Assembly (NCBI RefSeq): GCF_965229015.1 | Contig: NZ_CBDDIM010000001.1 | Location: 622,198 to 686,197, forward strand | Direction of reading: 5' to 3' | Source of the DNA: Phenylobacterium sp. | GTDB taxonomy: Bacteria; Pseudomonadota; Alphaproteobacteria; Caulobacterales; Caulobacteraceae | Length of the DNA: 64,000 nt | Part shown: piece by piece, positions 18,163 to 27,671 of the stretch | Numbering within the stretch: the stretch's first letter is position 1 | Layout of the letters: the number at the start of each line of letters is the position of its first letter | Notes under the pieces: model-generated | The model's database searches: none | What the model was told of the DNA's origin: nothing | The model's input: only the letters and a program-made list of their open reading frames with translations | Program-made: the position numbers and the translations under genes

Positions 18163-19308
18163 ATGCCCGCCCAGATCGATCCCTTCCACGCCATCGGCAT
18201 CAGCACGCTCGCCCACCGCCTGAAGGCCGAGGGGGCCTCGATCATCCACATGGAGTTCGGCCAGCCCTCGACGGGCGCGCCGAAGGCGGCCATCGCCGTC
18301 GCCCACGAGATGCTGGACACCGACCGCGGCGGCTACTGGGAAAGCCCGGCCCTGCGCGCGCGCATCGCCCGGCACTATCAGGAGACCTATGGCGTCAGCG
18401 TCGCCCCCGAAGGGGTGATCCTGACCTGCGGGGCCTCGCCGGCCCTGGTCCTGGCGCTCGCCTCCACCTTCAATCCCGGGGACCGGGTGGCCCTGGCGCG
18501 GCCGGGCTATGTCGCCTACCGCAACACGCTCAAGGCCCTGCACCTGGAGCCGGTGGAGATCGCCTGCGGGGCGGAGAGCCGGTTCCAGCTCACCGCCGCC
18601 CACCTGGCGGCCCTGGACCCCGCGCCGGCCGGGGTGATCGTCGCCAGCCCCGCAAACCCCACCGGCACCATCATCGAGGCCGCCGAACTGGAGGCCATCG
18701 CCGGGGTCTGCCGGGACCGCGGTATCCGCATCGTTTCGGACGAGATCTATCACGGCCTCAGCTATGTGGGCCCGGCGCGGTCGATGCTGGAGTTCGAGCC
18801 CGACACCCTGGTGGTGAACAGCTTCTCCAAGTATTTCAGCATGGTGGGCTGGCGTCTTGGCTGGCTGCTGGCGCCGCAGCGGGACCTCGCCCGGGCGCGG
18901 GCCTATATCGGCAACCTGTTCCTCACCGCCCCGACGCTCAGCCAGCACGTGGCCCTGGCGGCCATGGACGAGCGCGACGAGCTCGAGGGGCACGTGGCGG
19001 TCTACCGCGCCAACCGCGACCTGCTGCTGGCGGCCTTGCCCAGGCTCGGCCTCACCCAGATCGCGCCGCCGGACGGGGCCTTCTACATATACGCCGACAT
19101 CGGGCACCTGACCCAGGACAGCCTGTCCTTCTGCAAGGACCTGCTGCGGGAAACCGGCGTGGCGACCGCGCCGGGCCTGGACTTCGATCCCGTCGAGGGC
19201 GGCCACTTCATCCGCATGAGCTTCGCGGTCTCGACGCCGGAGATCCAGACCGCCATCGACCGCCTGATCCCGTGGTTCGCGGCGCGGAGCGCGGCGGCGA
19301 AGGCCTAG
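18163..19308 (+). CDS. PLP-dependent aminotransferase class I/II
   Basis: SPANPTGT, SDEIYHG and NSFSKYFSMVGWRLG (PLP lysine). Confidence 0.92.
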   Translation: MPAQIDPFHAIGISTLAHRLKAEGASIIHMEFGQPSTGAPKAAIAVAHEMLDTDRGGYWESPALRARIARHYQETYGVSVAPEGVILTCGASPALVLALASTFNPGDRVALARPGYVAYRNTLKALHLEPVEIACGAESRFQLTAAHLAALDPAPAGVIVASPANPTGTIIEAAELEAIAGVCRDRGIRIVSDEIYHGLSYVGPARSMLEFEPDTLVVNSFSKYFSMVGWRLGWLLAPQRDLARARAYIGNLFLTAPTLSQHVALAAMDERDELEGHVAVYRANRDLLLAALPRLGLTQIAPPDGAFYIYADIGHLTQDSLSFCKDLLRETGVATAPGLDFDPVEGGHFIRMSFAVSTPEIQTAIDRLIPWFAARSAAAKA

Positions 19309-19727
19309 GCCGCCTTCGATCGGCTCGGCATGAGGCCCAGGACCGCCCCGGCCACCAGATAGGCCACCAACTGGTAGCCCATGTTGATGATCACCAGGTT
19401 CGGCAGCAGGCCCATATAGAGGTACTCGATCGACATGGTGGTGAAGTTGAAGAAGAACCACACCGCCGCCGCGGCCCCGATGCCGGCCAGGGAATTGATG
19501 CCCATGCGGGCGAACACCCAGGCCAGGCCCAGCACCAGGATCAGCGTGTTCACCACCCCCAGGCTCTGGGTGACCACGATATTGGACATGTCCGGCTCGC
19601 GGCCGATGGCGTCGCGGTAGGCGTCGGTCCAGGCTGCGCCCAGCATCGGGCCGTACCAGAGGTAGCCCAACACCTCGAGCAGCACCACGGCGATGATCAC
19701 GGCGATCCAGTTGATGTTCTTGAACAT
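19305..19727 (-). CDS. DUF1761-like membrane protein
   Basis: INWIAVIIA...LGYLWYGP..G..W N-terminus, four TM helices and INMGYQLV. Confidence 0.75.
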   Translation of the reverse strand: MFKNINWIAVIIAVVLLEVLGYLWYGPMLGAAWTDAYRDAIGREPDMSNIVVTQSLGVVNTLILVLGLAWVFARMGINSLAGIGAAAAVWFFFNFTTMSIEYLYMGLLPNLVIINMGYQLVAYLVAGAVLGLMPSRSKAA

Positions 19728-19778
19728 TGTCGCTTCCCTTGCGCCCGCGCGGGGCTGACGCCCGCGTTCATACCGACG

Positions 19779-20609
19779 TTATGCTGACGCTTTGCGGAGG
19801 GGAAGAGGAGGCGCGGTGGCGAGGGGCGCGACGCCGGAAAGCCTCAGGTCGGCGAAGACGTCTTCATCCAGCACTAGGCGTTGCCAATAGCTGGCGCCCA
19901 TCGCGGCGACATGCCCGGCCGCCTCGTCAATGTGGGCGCGCATGGCGGCCCGGACCGCCTCGGCGTCCCGCGCCCGCAGGGCGGTGAGGATGGCCCGGTG
20001 CGCCTGGCCATTGGCGTGGTTCAGGGCCGCCAAGCCCTCCAGGTCGCCGCCGACGATCACCACCCGGCGCAGCATCTCGTTGATGGCCAGGGCCTGGAAC
20101 CGCATCAGGGCGTTGGGACAGGCGTGTGCCAGCATGTCATGGAAGTCCAGGTCCTCCGCCCCCTGGGCGACCCGTCCGGCCGGTGCGTCATGGTCGTGAC
20201 CGCAGGCCTCAAGGCTGTCCTCCAGGCCGTGGAGCTGGGCGTCGCTCAGGGCCTGGCAGGCGATGGCGGCCAGTTCCGGCTCCAGCAGGCGCCGCATCTG
20301 GTAGATCTGCACCATGTCCACCGGCTGGAAGAAGAAGTGGTTCTGCAGCAGCTGGAACGCGCGATCGAACCCCACCTCGGTGATCGTCGCCCCGCCGCCC
20401 GGTCCCGCCCTCAGCCGCACCAGTCCCTGGATTTCCAGGGACTTCAGGGCCTCGCGAACCGTGCCTTTGCTCATGCCGAACAGGCGCTGAAGTTCGGCCT
20501 CGTTGGGCAGGCGGTCGCCGGGGCCGGCCTGGCCATCGACGATCCAGCGTTTGATCTGATCGACCATCAGGTCGGCGCGCTTCAAGCCGCGGGGCGTGCG
20601 GGCCGTCAT
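19779..20609 (-). CDS. GntR/FadR family transcriptional regulator (FCD domain)
   Basis: GDRLPNEAEL...SKGTVREALKSL wHTH; FCD domain with DLDFH and H residues; ATGA overlap with the upstream gene. Confidence 0.9.
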   Translation of the reverse strand: MTARTPRGLKRADLMVDQIKRWIVDGQAGPGDRLPNEAELQRLFGMSKGTVREALKSLEIQGLVRLRAGPGGGATITEVGFDRAFQLLQNHFFFQPVDMVQIYQMRRLLEPELAAIACQALSDAQLHGLEDSLEACGHDHDAPAGRVAQGAEDLDFHDMLAHACPNALMRFQALAINEMLRRVVIVGGDLEGLAALNHANGQAHRAILTALRARDAEAVRAAMRAHIDEAAGHVAAMGASYWQRLVLDEDVFADLRLSGVAPLATAPPLPLRKASA

Positions 20610-22039
20610 GACCGCGCCTTCGGACTGGCCCGCCGCCCGAGCACCAGACGTCCGAGGACCACTAGGACCAGGCAGGTCCAGCCGAACAGGTCCCCGACCG
20701 CGGCGTAGACCGTCGGCCTGGCCGGCCCAATCGGGGCGTCGAAACGCAGGATGGCGCCCGGTCCCGACCGGCTGGCGGTCTGGGAAAGGATTCGACCCTG
20801 GGGATCGCTGACCGTCAGCACGCCATGCTCGGCGGCGCGGATGACCGTGAAGCCGCCCTCGACGCCGCGCAACACCGCCATGCGGGCATGGAACAGGCCG
20901 TCGACCCGGAAGTCCGAGGCGGGAACCACCAGGGCCTGCACCCCCATGCGGGCATACCGGCGGGGCAGGGCGGCGAAGTCGAGGTCCTTGCAGATCGCCA
21001 CCCCGATCCGGCGTCCCTCCAGGTCGAAGGTGGAATAGCCATCGCCGGGGATGATCAGGCCGACCTCGCCCGGCGCCGGATGATGTTTCCTGTAGTCGAC
21101 GACCCGGCGGCCGTCGGGGGCGAAGACCCAGGCGCGATTGAACGGCTTGCCGCCTTCCGGGGCGACGATGCCGGCCAGCAGATAGGCGTTTCGCGTCGCG
21201 GCTTCGCGCCCGAGGCTGGCGGCGAGCTGGGCGGCTCGGGCCTCCGTGGGTTGGTGGGCGGCCTCGGGCAGCACCAGCAGGCGGGCGCCAGCCAGCCTGT
21301 CGAGGGCGGTCCTATAGGCGGGCCAGGTGGGGGAGGCCTGCCCCGTGAAGAGCGCCTGGGGATCAATGTCGCGGTCGACCACCGCCAACCCCACCGCCAG
21401 CCGCCCTGTGGGCTCCGGCGTGCGGAGTTGCACCAGGCCAAACGCCAGGCCTGCCCCGCAAACCAGCAGCGGGGGCGCGAGGACGCCCAGGCTGACGCCG
21501 GGGCGGGCGAACCCGCGATGGAGCGTCACCGCCAGGGCCGAGGCGGGCAGGGAGATGAGGAAGGCGATGGCCGCCGTACCCCCCAGGGCCGCCACCTGGA
21601 TCACCGGGAGGGCGGGCATCTGACTGTAGGCGATGCTCCCCATGCTGCCGTGGGGCGACAGCAGGCTGAAGGCCAGGTCCATCGCGGCCCAGACGGTGGG
21701 ATAGGCGAAGGCCGCCAGGGGGCCGGGCATCTGCAGGACAAAACGCCGGGTGAGGCCGATCACCCCGACCCACAGCAGCCCGAACAAGACCACCAGCGCG
21801 CTCGCCACGACCGGACCGGTCACCAGGTCATAGTAGGCATAGGCGCCGGTGGCCTGGAGCGCGCCCGCCACGAAGGCCAGCAGAAGGGCTTCGCGCGGCC
21901 CCGCCTTGAACGCCGCGATCAACAGGAAGACGGGCGCGATCCAGGCCAGGGGCCAGACAGGCGCCAGACGATGCGCCGCCGCCAGCATGACCCCGGCCAG
22001 CACCGCGCATCCTGCGCGAACGAGATAACCCATCGCCAC
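20606..22039 (-). CDS. Membrane-anchored carbon-nitrogen hydrolase (Lnt-like/nitrilase fold)
   Basis: Multi-TM N-terminus; catalytic triad in LPE, YRKH and AICKD; C-terminal TM. Start could be at 22033. Confidence 0.82.
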   Translation of the reverse strand: MAMGYLVRAGCAVLAGVMLAAAHRLAPVWPLAWIAPVFLLIAAFKAGPREALLLAFVAGALQATGAYAYYDLVTGPVVASALVVLFGLLWVGVIGLTRRFVLQMPGPLAAFAYPTVWAAMDLAFSLLSPHGSMGSIAYSQMPALPVIQVAALGGTAAIAFLISLPASALAVTLHRGFARPGVSLGVLAPPLLVCGAGLAFGLVQLRTPEPTGRLAVGLAVVDRDIDPQALFTGQASPTWPAYRTALDRLAGARLLVLPEAAHQPTEARAAQLAASLGREAATRNAYLLAGIVAPEGGKPFNRAWVFAPDGRRVVDYRKHHPAPGEVGLIIPGDGYSTFDLEGRRIGVAICKDLDFAALPRRYARMGVQALVVPASDFRVDGLFHARMAVLRGVEGGFTVIRAAEHGVLTVSDPQGRILSQTASRSGPGAILRFDAPIGPARPTVYAAVGDLFGWTCLVLVVLGRLVLGRRASPKARS

Positions 22040-22050
22040 CCTCCCAGATA

Positions 22051-22076
22051 ACTCTAATTATCATGATAATTAGAGT
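22051..22076. promoter_or_regulatory. Perfect 26-bp palindromic operator
   Basis: ACTCTAATTATCA/TGATAATTAGAGT overlaps the -10 (CATGAT) of a minus-strand TTGCCA-N17-CATGAT promoter. Confidence 0.75.
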
Positions 22077-22125
22077 CGGGCTTGGCAACGCCATTCATTG
22101 ACGGCCGCCGCTGGCCAAGGCGGCT

Positions 22126-22154
22126 TTGGATTCCCATGTGGGGCGCCCTATAAG
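22126..22154 (+). promoter_or_regulatory. Sigma70-type promoter for metG
   Basis: TTGGAT-N17-TATAAG. Confidence 0.5.
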
Positions 22155-22190
22155 CCGCGCTTCCCGCAACTCCTCATTTCGAGTCCGCCC

Positions 22191-24005
22191 ATGTCCCGCA
22201 TCCTCATCACCTCGGCCTTGCCCTACATCAACGGGATCAAGCACCTGGGGAACCTGGCGGGCTCCATGCTGCCGGCCGACGTCTACGCCCGGTTCCAGCG
22301 GGCGCGGGGCAAGGAGACGCTCTACATCTGCGCCACCGACGAGCACGGCACGCCGGCCGAGCTGGGCGCCGCGGCGCTGGGCCAGGACGTGCGGTCCTAT
22401 TGCGACGACCAGCACCAGATCCAGCGCGACCTCTATGCCGGCTTCGGCATCAGCTTCGACCACTTCGGCCGCTCGTCCTCGCTCCAGAACCGCACCCTGA
22501 CCCAGCGCTTCGCGCAGGGGCTGTGGGAGGCCGGCTTCATCGAGGGGCGGGTGACCCAGCAGGTCTATTCCAACGCCGACAAGCGCTTCCTGCCCGACCG
22601 CTACGTGGTCGGCACCTGTCCGCACTGCGGCTACAACGCCGCCCGGGGCGACCAGTGCGACAACTGCACCCGCCAGCTCGACCCCGTCGACCTGATCCAT
22701 CCGCGCTCGTCGGTCTCGGGCTCGGACGACATCGAGATCCGCGACTCCCTGCACCTGTTCCTCAAGCAGACCGCCTTCGACGGAAAGCTGCGCGAGTGGA
22801 TCACCAGCAAGAAGGGCAAGTGGCCGGTGCTGGTCACCTCCACGGCGCTGAAGTGGCTCGACGAGGGCCTGCAGGACCGCGGCATCACGCGGGACCTGGA
22901 ATGGGGCGTGCCGGTCAACGCCGCCGACTGGGGCCCCAACCCGGCGGGCGAGCGCCCCGACGTGGCGGGCCTGGCGGGCAAGGTCTTCTATGTCTGGTTC
23001 GACGCCCCCATCGAATATATCGGCGCCACCTGGGAATGGTCGGCCGCCAAGCCCGGCGCCGATCCGGCCAGCGAGACCGAGTACGAGAGCTGGTGGCGAG
23101 GCCTCGCGGCCGCCGACGTCAGCTATGTGGAGTTCATGGGCAAGGATAACGTGCCCTTCCACACCGTGGGCTTCCCCTGCACCCTGTTCGGCTCCAACGA
23201 GAGGAAGACCGCCGATGGCTCCTGGCGGCCCTCGTCCAACGCGCCCTGGAAGCTGGTGGACACGCTGAAGGGCTTCAACTGGCTCAACTATTACGGTGGC
23301 CGCTTCTCCACCACGCACCAGCGGGGGGTGTTCATCGACGCCGCGCTCGAGATCCTGCCCGCCGACTACTGGCGCTGGTGGATCATGGCCAATGCGCCGG
23401 AGAGCAGCGACACCATGTTCACCTGGGAGCAGTTCCAGGCCCAGGTGAACGCCGACCTGGCCGACGTGCTGGGCAACTTCGTCAACCGCATCCTGAAGTT
23501 CACCGAGACCCGTTTCGAGGGCGTCGTCCCCGAGGGTGGCGACCCCGGCCCGCTGGAGGAGAAGCTCCACGCCGAGGTCACCGCCAAGCTGGCCGAGCTG
23601 AACGAGCAGATGGAGGCCATCGACTTCCGCAAGGCGACGCAGGCCCTGCGGCAGCTCTGGGTGCTGGGGAACCAGTACCTCACCGAGGCCGCCCCCTGGA
23701 CCGCCATCAAGACCGATCCGCTGCGGGCAGCGGTGGCCGTGCGCACCGGCCTGAACCTGGTGGCCCTGTTCGCCAAGGTCTCCGAGCCCTTCATCCCCTT
23801 CGCCGCCGAGAAGATCGCCGGCGGGGTGGGGGAGGCCTTCCCGGGCCAGTGGCCGACGGGGGAGGGCGCCGCCCTGCTCGACGTCCTGCCGGCCGGCCGC
23901 AAGGTCGCCGCGCCCGACGTTCTGTTCAAGAAGATCGAGAACGATCAGGTCGCCGCCTGGCTCGAACGCTTCGGCGGCCCGGAGCCGGTCGAGGCGGAGG
24001 CTTAG
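22191..24005 (+). CDS. metG: Methionine--tRNA ligase
   Basis: [24 protein letters not shown], zinc knuckles [18 protein letters not shown] and the KMSKS-equivalent RFSTT. Confidence 0.96.
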   Translation: MSRILITSALPYINGIKHLGNLAGSMLPADVYARFQRARGKETLYICATDEHGTPAELGAAALGQDVRSYCDDQHQIQRDLYAGFGISFDHFGRSSSLQNRTLTQRFAQGLWEAGFIEGRVTQQVYSNADKRFLPDRYVVGTCPHCGYNAARGDQCDNCTRQLDPVDLIHPRSSVSGSDDIEIRDSLHLFLKQTAFDGKLREWITSKKGKWPVLVTSTALKWLDEGLQDRGITRDLEWGVPVNAADWGPNPAGERPDVAGLAGKVFYVWFDAPIEYIGATWEWSAAKPGADPASETEYESWWRGLAAADVSYVEFMGKDNVPFHTVGFPCTLFGSNERKTADGSWRPSSNAPWKLVDTLKGFNWLNYYGGRFSTTHQRGVFIDAALEILPADYWRWWIMANAPESSDTMFTWEQFQAQVNADLADVLGNFVNRILKFTETRFEGVVPEGGDPGPLEEKLHAEVTAKLAELNEQMEAIDFRKATQALRQLWVLGNQYLTEAAPWTAIKTDPLRAAVAVRTGLNLVALFAKVSEPFIPFAAEKIAGGVGEAFPGQWPTGEGAALLDVLPAGRKVAAPDVLFKKIENDQVAAWLERFGGPEPVEAEA

Positions 24006-24008
24006 GGC

Positions 24009-24662
24009 TTGAGCCACCCCAAGTTCCATCGCGACGGGCGCGCCAAGCCCTTCGCGGGGAACACGGTGATCGCTCACCTGCCGCCGGACGGCTGGCTGGC
24101 GCGGAGCCTGGCCGAGGTCAGGGCTGAGGCGGCGCGGGCGAGTTTCGCAGGCAAGCTCGCCCTGTTGCCCGTCGCCAGCTACCACATGACCGTCTTCGGC
24201 GGCGCCGACGACCAGCATCGGACCCCCGGCCTGTGGCCGAAGGGGGTCCCGCTGGACGCGCCGATGCCGGTCTGCGACGAGGTCGTCGGTGAGCGACTGA
24301 AGGGCGTGACCTGTGCGCCGCCCTATCGCCTGCGGGTCGATCTGGCCAAGCCGATCCAACCCTTCCGCTTCGAGCTCACCCTGGTCGACGCCGACGAAGA
24401 GCGGCGGCTGCGCGACCTGCGCGACCGCCTGTCGGCGGCGACGGGAGTTCGCAAGCCGGGCCACGACAGCTACGGCTTCCATACCCAGGTCGGCTACCTG
24501 CTGGAGCCCTTCACGGCCGATGAGCAGGCAGATTTCGAGGCGGCGTTCGAAGCCTGGCGCGAACGGCTCGCCGGCCAGGTGCTGGAGCTTGGCGCCCCCG
24601 ACTACTGCGCCTTCGACGACATGCTGGCCTTCAGGCCGAGGCTTCGTCTGCCGGTCGGTTGA
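24009..24662 (+). CDS. DUF1868-like 2H phosphoesterase
   Basis: FAGNTVI, SYHMTVF and GFHTQVGY. TTG start 3 nt after the metG stop. Confidence 0.78.
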   Translation: MSHPKFHRDGRAKPFAGNTVIAHLPPDGWLARSLAEVRAEAARASFAGKLALLPVASYHMTVFGGADDQHRTPGLWPKGVPLDAPMPVCDEVVGERLKGVTCAPPYRLRVDLAKPIQPFRFELTLVDADEERRLRDLRDRLSAATGVRKPGHDSYGFHTQVGYLLEPFTADEQADFEAAFEAWRERLAGQVLELGAPDYCAFDDMLAFRPRLRLPVG

Positions 24663-25386
24663 ACCAGCGCATCCGATAGGCGTTGATCGCCGTCTCGCCG
24701 AGGCGGTCCAGCAGGCGGTAGTTGACGAAGGCGCCCACCGGCGCGCCGATCACCGGGATGAGCTGGGCCAGCTTGGCCAGGTCGATATAGTCCCGGTACT
24801 CCTGCTGGAAGCGGCGCCAGTCGAGGCTCTCCAGCCCCCCATCGGCCATGGCCCGGGCGCTGTCCCAATCGGCCAACGCGGCGTAGGCCTCGGGCCGGCG
24901 CGAGGCGCTGGAGAAGGCCAGGCTGAAGATCCTCAGGATGTAGAGCCGCTCGGCCAGGTCGTCGCCGGAGTGGCCGTAGATGGCGGCCAGGTCGAACAGC
25001 AGCTTGATCTTCAGCCCGATCAGCACCGGGAAGTCCGCCGCCGCCAGCAGGAAGCCGCCGGCGCCGGCCACCCCGCCCTCGGCCGCCGCGGTGGTGCGCC
25101 AGGCCATGATCTTGTCGCGGGCCTGGGCCTCGCGGGCCCGAAGGGTCGCGCCCTCCACCGGCGGCGGGCTGGTGTAGTCGGCGCCGGTGAGGATCGCCCG
25201 GGTCATCTGCTCCATGGCCGCGGTGATGACGTCGTGCAGCTTCTCCGGGATCAGGTTGTTGATCCTGTCCTGCACATTGCGCGCGGCCTTGTCGAAGGGC
25301 CCGGCGGGCTTGAGCACACGCTCGCGCCAGGCGGCCATCTCAGCCAGGACCTGGGCGTCGTAGGCGACGTCGGAAATCTCGCTCAT
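24631..25386 (-). CDS. EcsC family protein
   Basis: AAAEGGVAGAGG, ADFPVLIGLK, YRDYIDLAKLAQLIPVIGA and AINAYRMR. Confidence 0.85.
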   Translation of the reverse strand: MSEISDVAYDAQVLAEMAAWRERVLKPAGPFDKAARNVQDRINNLIPEKLHDVITAAMEQMTRAILTGADYTSPPPVEGATLRAREAQARDKIMAWRTTAAAEGGVAGAGGFLLAAADFPVLIGLKIKLLFDLAAIYGHSGDDLAERLYILRIFSLAFSSASRRPEAYAALADWDSARAMADGGLESLDWRRFQQEYRDYIDLAKLAQLIPVIGAPVGAFVNYRLLDRLGETAINAYRMRWFNRPADEASA

Positions 25387-26303
25387 GGCTCCACCGCCGC
25401 GCGCACCTGGTCGAGGAACCAGTCGAGCCCGGCGTCCTCCCCGCCGGCGCGGCGCAGGGCGCTGACGGCGAACTCGTGGGGTTTGAAGGGGGGATCGAGG
25501 ATCTGCAAGCCCAGCAGGGGCGCCTGACGTTCGGCCAGCCGGCGGGGCGGGGTGGCGATGGCGTCGCTGCCGGCCACCAGGGCCAGCGCCGTCAGCCAGT
25601 GAGGCACCATGGCCACGGTCCTCTGGCGCCATTCGGCGATCTGGGCGCGGCTCTCCACGGCCTCTTCCTGGGGCGCCTCGCTGCGGGAGAAGCTCAGCAC
25701 GTGGCCGATGTCGCGATAGGTCTCGAAGTCGATCTGCCCGTCGATCACCGGATGTCCCCGCCGCGCCACCACACAATAGCGGTCCTCGTACAGGAGCTCG
25801 TGGGTGAAGCCGGGGCGGGGCTGGCCGAAGCGGCCGATGGCCAGGTCCAGCCGGCCCTGGCGAAGGGCGTCGGCGGCGCGGTCCTGGGCCAGGAAGGCCA
25901 CCTCGAAGCCCGCCCCCGGCGCCGCGCCGTTCAGGCGCTCGATCAGGCGCGCGCCCATCAGGGCGGTGACGAACTCCGGGGCGCTGATGCGAAACAGGCG
26001 GTCGGTCTGGGCGGGGTCGAACCCACCCTGACGCCCCAGGGACCCCGCCAGCTCCAGCAAGGCCTCGACCTCCGGTCCCAGTTGCAGGGCGCGCGCGGTG
26101 GGATCGAAGCCGTGGGGCCGGCGGATGAACAGCGGGTCGTCGAACAGGTCGCGCAGGCGGGTCAGGGCGTGGCTCACCGCCGAGGGGGAGAGGCCCAGGC
26201 GGGCGGCCACCTCGGAGGCGCGCCGGCGCCGCAACAGCTCGCGGAACACCAGCAGCAGGCCGCCGTCCATCCGGCGTATGTGATTGATATCGAATTCACC
26301 CAT
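25383..26303 (-). CDS. LysR family transcriptional regulator
   Basis: N-terminal HTH (SPSAVSHALTRLRDLFDDPLFIR) and substrate-binding domain. Confidence 0.93.
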   Translation of the reverse strand: MGEFDINHIRRMDGGLLLVFRELLRRRRASEVAARLGLSPSAVSHALTRLRDLFDDPLFIRRPHGFDPTARALQLGPEVEALLELAGSLGRQGGFDPAQTDRLFRISAPEFVTALMGARLIERLNGAAPGAGFEVAFLAQDRAADALRQGRLDLAIGRFGQPRPGFTHELLYEDRYCVVARRGHPVIDGQIDFETYRDIGHVLSFSRSEAPQEEAVESRAQIAEWRQRTVAMVPHWLTALALVAGSDAIATPPRRLAERQAPLLGLQILDPPFKPHEFAVSALRRAGGEDAGLDWFLDQVRAAVEP

Positions 26304-26505
26304 CTCTCGAATACGCTAGGTCGGAAATCCGCGCCGCGCCAGGGAGGGTATCGCCGACGCGCCCACGCGCGGGGCCGGGCCATACCTGATACTCGAAAAC
26401 TTGCCCTGACCCGGCGGAAAGCCCTCGCCACCCGGGCCGGGCCTCGCCATAAAGCCCGCTTTCAACGGCGCAGCGACGCCAGCTCTTTGTTTGCGAGGAA
26501 ACCCA

Positions 26506-27273
26506 TTGCGCAATCTGTTCAGCGTTGAAGGCAAGGTCGTTCTGGTCACCGGCGGCAGCCGCGGCATCGGCGAGATGATCGCCCGCGGCTATGTGGAGAA
26601 CGGAGCCAAGGTCTACATCTCCTCGCGCAAGGCCGAGGTCTGCGACCGGGTGGCCGAGGAGTTGTCGGAGTTCGGGACCTGCATCTCTCTGCCCTTCGAC
26701 CTGGGCGCCATGGCCGGCATCGAGGGCCTGGCCGCGGCCATCGCCGAGCGGGAGCCCAAGCTGGACGTGCTGGTCAACAACGCCGGCGCCACCTGGGGCG
26801 CGCCGATCGACGAGTTCCCCGAGAGCGGCTGGGACAAGGTGGTGGACCTCAACACCAAGTCGGTGTTCTTCCTGACCCAGAAGCTGCTGCCGCAACTGCG
26901 CGCCGCCGCCACCCACGAGGCCCCCTCTCGGGTGATCAACATCGCCTCGGTGAACGGCATCGAGCCTCCCGGCCTGGAGACCTATTCCTATTCCACCTCC
27001 AAGGCCGGCTGCATCATGCTGACCCGCCACCTGGCCAAGCGCCTGGCGCCGGAGAACATCCTGGTCAACGCCATCGCGCCCGGGCCCTTCCCCAGCCACA
27101 TGATGGCCGCCACCCTGGCCCGGGCCGGCGACGCCATCGCCAAGGCCAATCCGCGCGGCCGCATCGGCACGCCGCAGGACATCGCCGGGGTGGCCATCTT
27201 CCTGTCCTCGCGCGCCAGCGCCTACACGACGGGGACCACCGTGCCCTGCGACGGCGGCTCGGCCGAGTTCTAG
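26506..27273 (+). CDS. SDR family oxidoreductase
   Basis: TGGSRGIG, LVNNAG, YSTSK and VNAIAPG. TTG start after GAGGA. Confidence 0.92.
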   Translation: MRNLFSVEGKVVLVTGGSRGIGEMIARGYVENGAKVYISSRKAEVCDRVAEELSEFGTCISLPFDLGAMAGIEGLAAAIAEREPKLDVLVNNAGATWGAPIDEFPESGWDKVVDLNTKSVFFLTQKLLPQLRAAATHEAPSRVINIASVNGIEPPGLETYSYSTSKAGCIMLTRHLAKRLAPENILVNAIAPGPFPSHMMAATLARAGDAIAKANPRGRIGTPQDIAGVAIFLSSRASAYTTGTTVPCDGGSAEF

Positions 27274-27292
27274 GTTCTAGCTCTTTTGCTTG

Positions 27293-27339
27293 GGCGGGAT
27301 GCGGGCGGAAAACCGGTTTCCACTTTTCCTCATCCCGCC
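27293..27339. repeat. Alphaproteobacterial intergenic repeat (CIR/RIME-like)
   Basis: GGCGGGATG...CATCCCGCC arms enclosing the core GGAAAACCGGTTTCCACTTTTCC. Confidence 0.55.
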
Positions 27340-27374
27340 TTGGCCGCCCGCCGGAACGGTCCTATGGGATCCGG

Positions 27375-27671
27375 ATGGCGGGCGGTTGGCTGATCGGCGT
27401 GATGGTGCAGGCTCCGGAGGAGAAGGCCTTCCTGCGCCACTACTTCGCCGTGGGTCACGAGGACCGCGCCAAGGCCGAGTGGACCGGCGTCGACCATGCG
27501 CTCAAGGCCGGAATCGTGGCCTCCAGCCCGGTGGCGGGCCTAGAGCCGGTCCAGGCCATCAGCCAGGTTCCGGCCAGCCTGATGAAGACCCTGGGCCTGG
27601 CCGACGGTCAGGTGCGCGCCCTGGGATGGAAATATCCCCGCCGCTGGATCATTCCCCACCTGGCTGTCTAG
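27375..27671 (+). CDS. Hypothetical protein
   Basis: 98 aa with host-like codon usage; no recognised family. Confidence 0.65.
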   Translation: MAGGWLIGVMVQAPEEKAFLRHYFAVGHEDRAKAEWTGVDHALKAGIVASSPVAGLEPVQAISQVPASLMKTLGLADGQVRALGWKYPRRWIIPHLAV

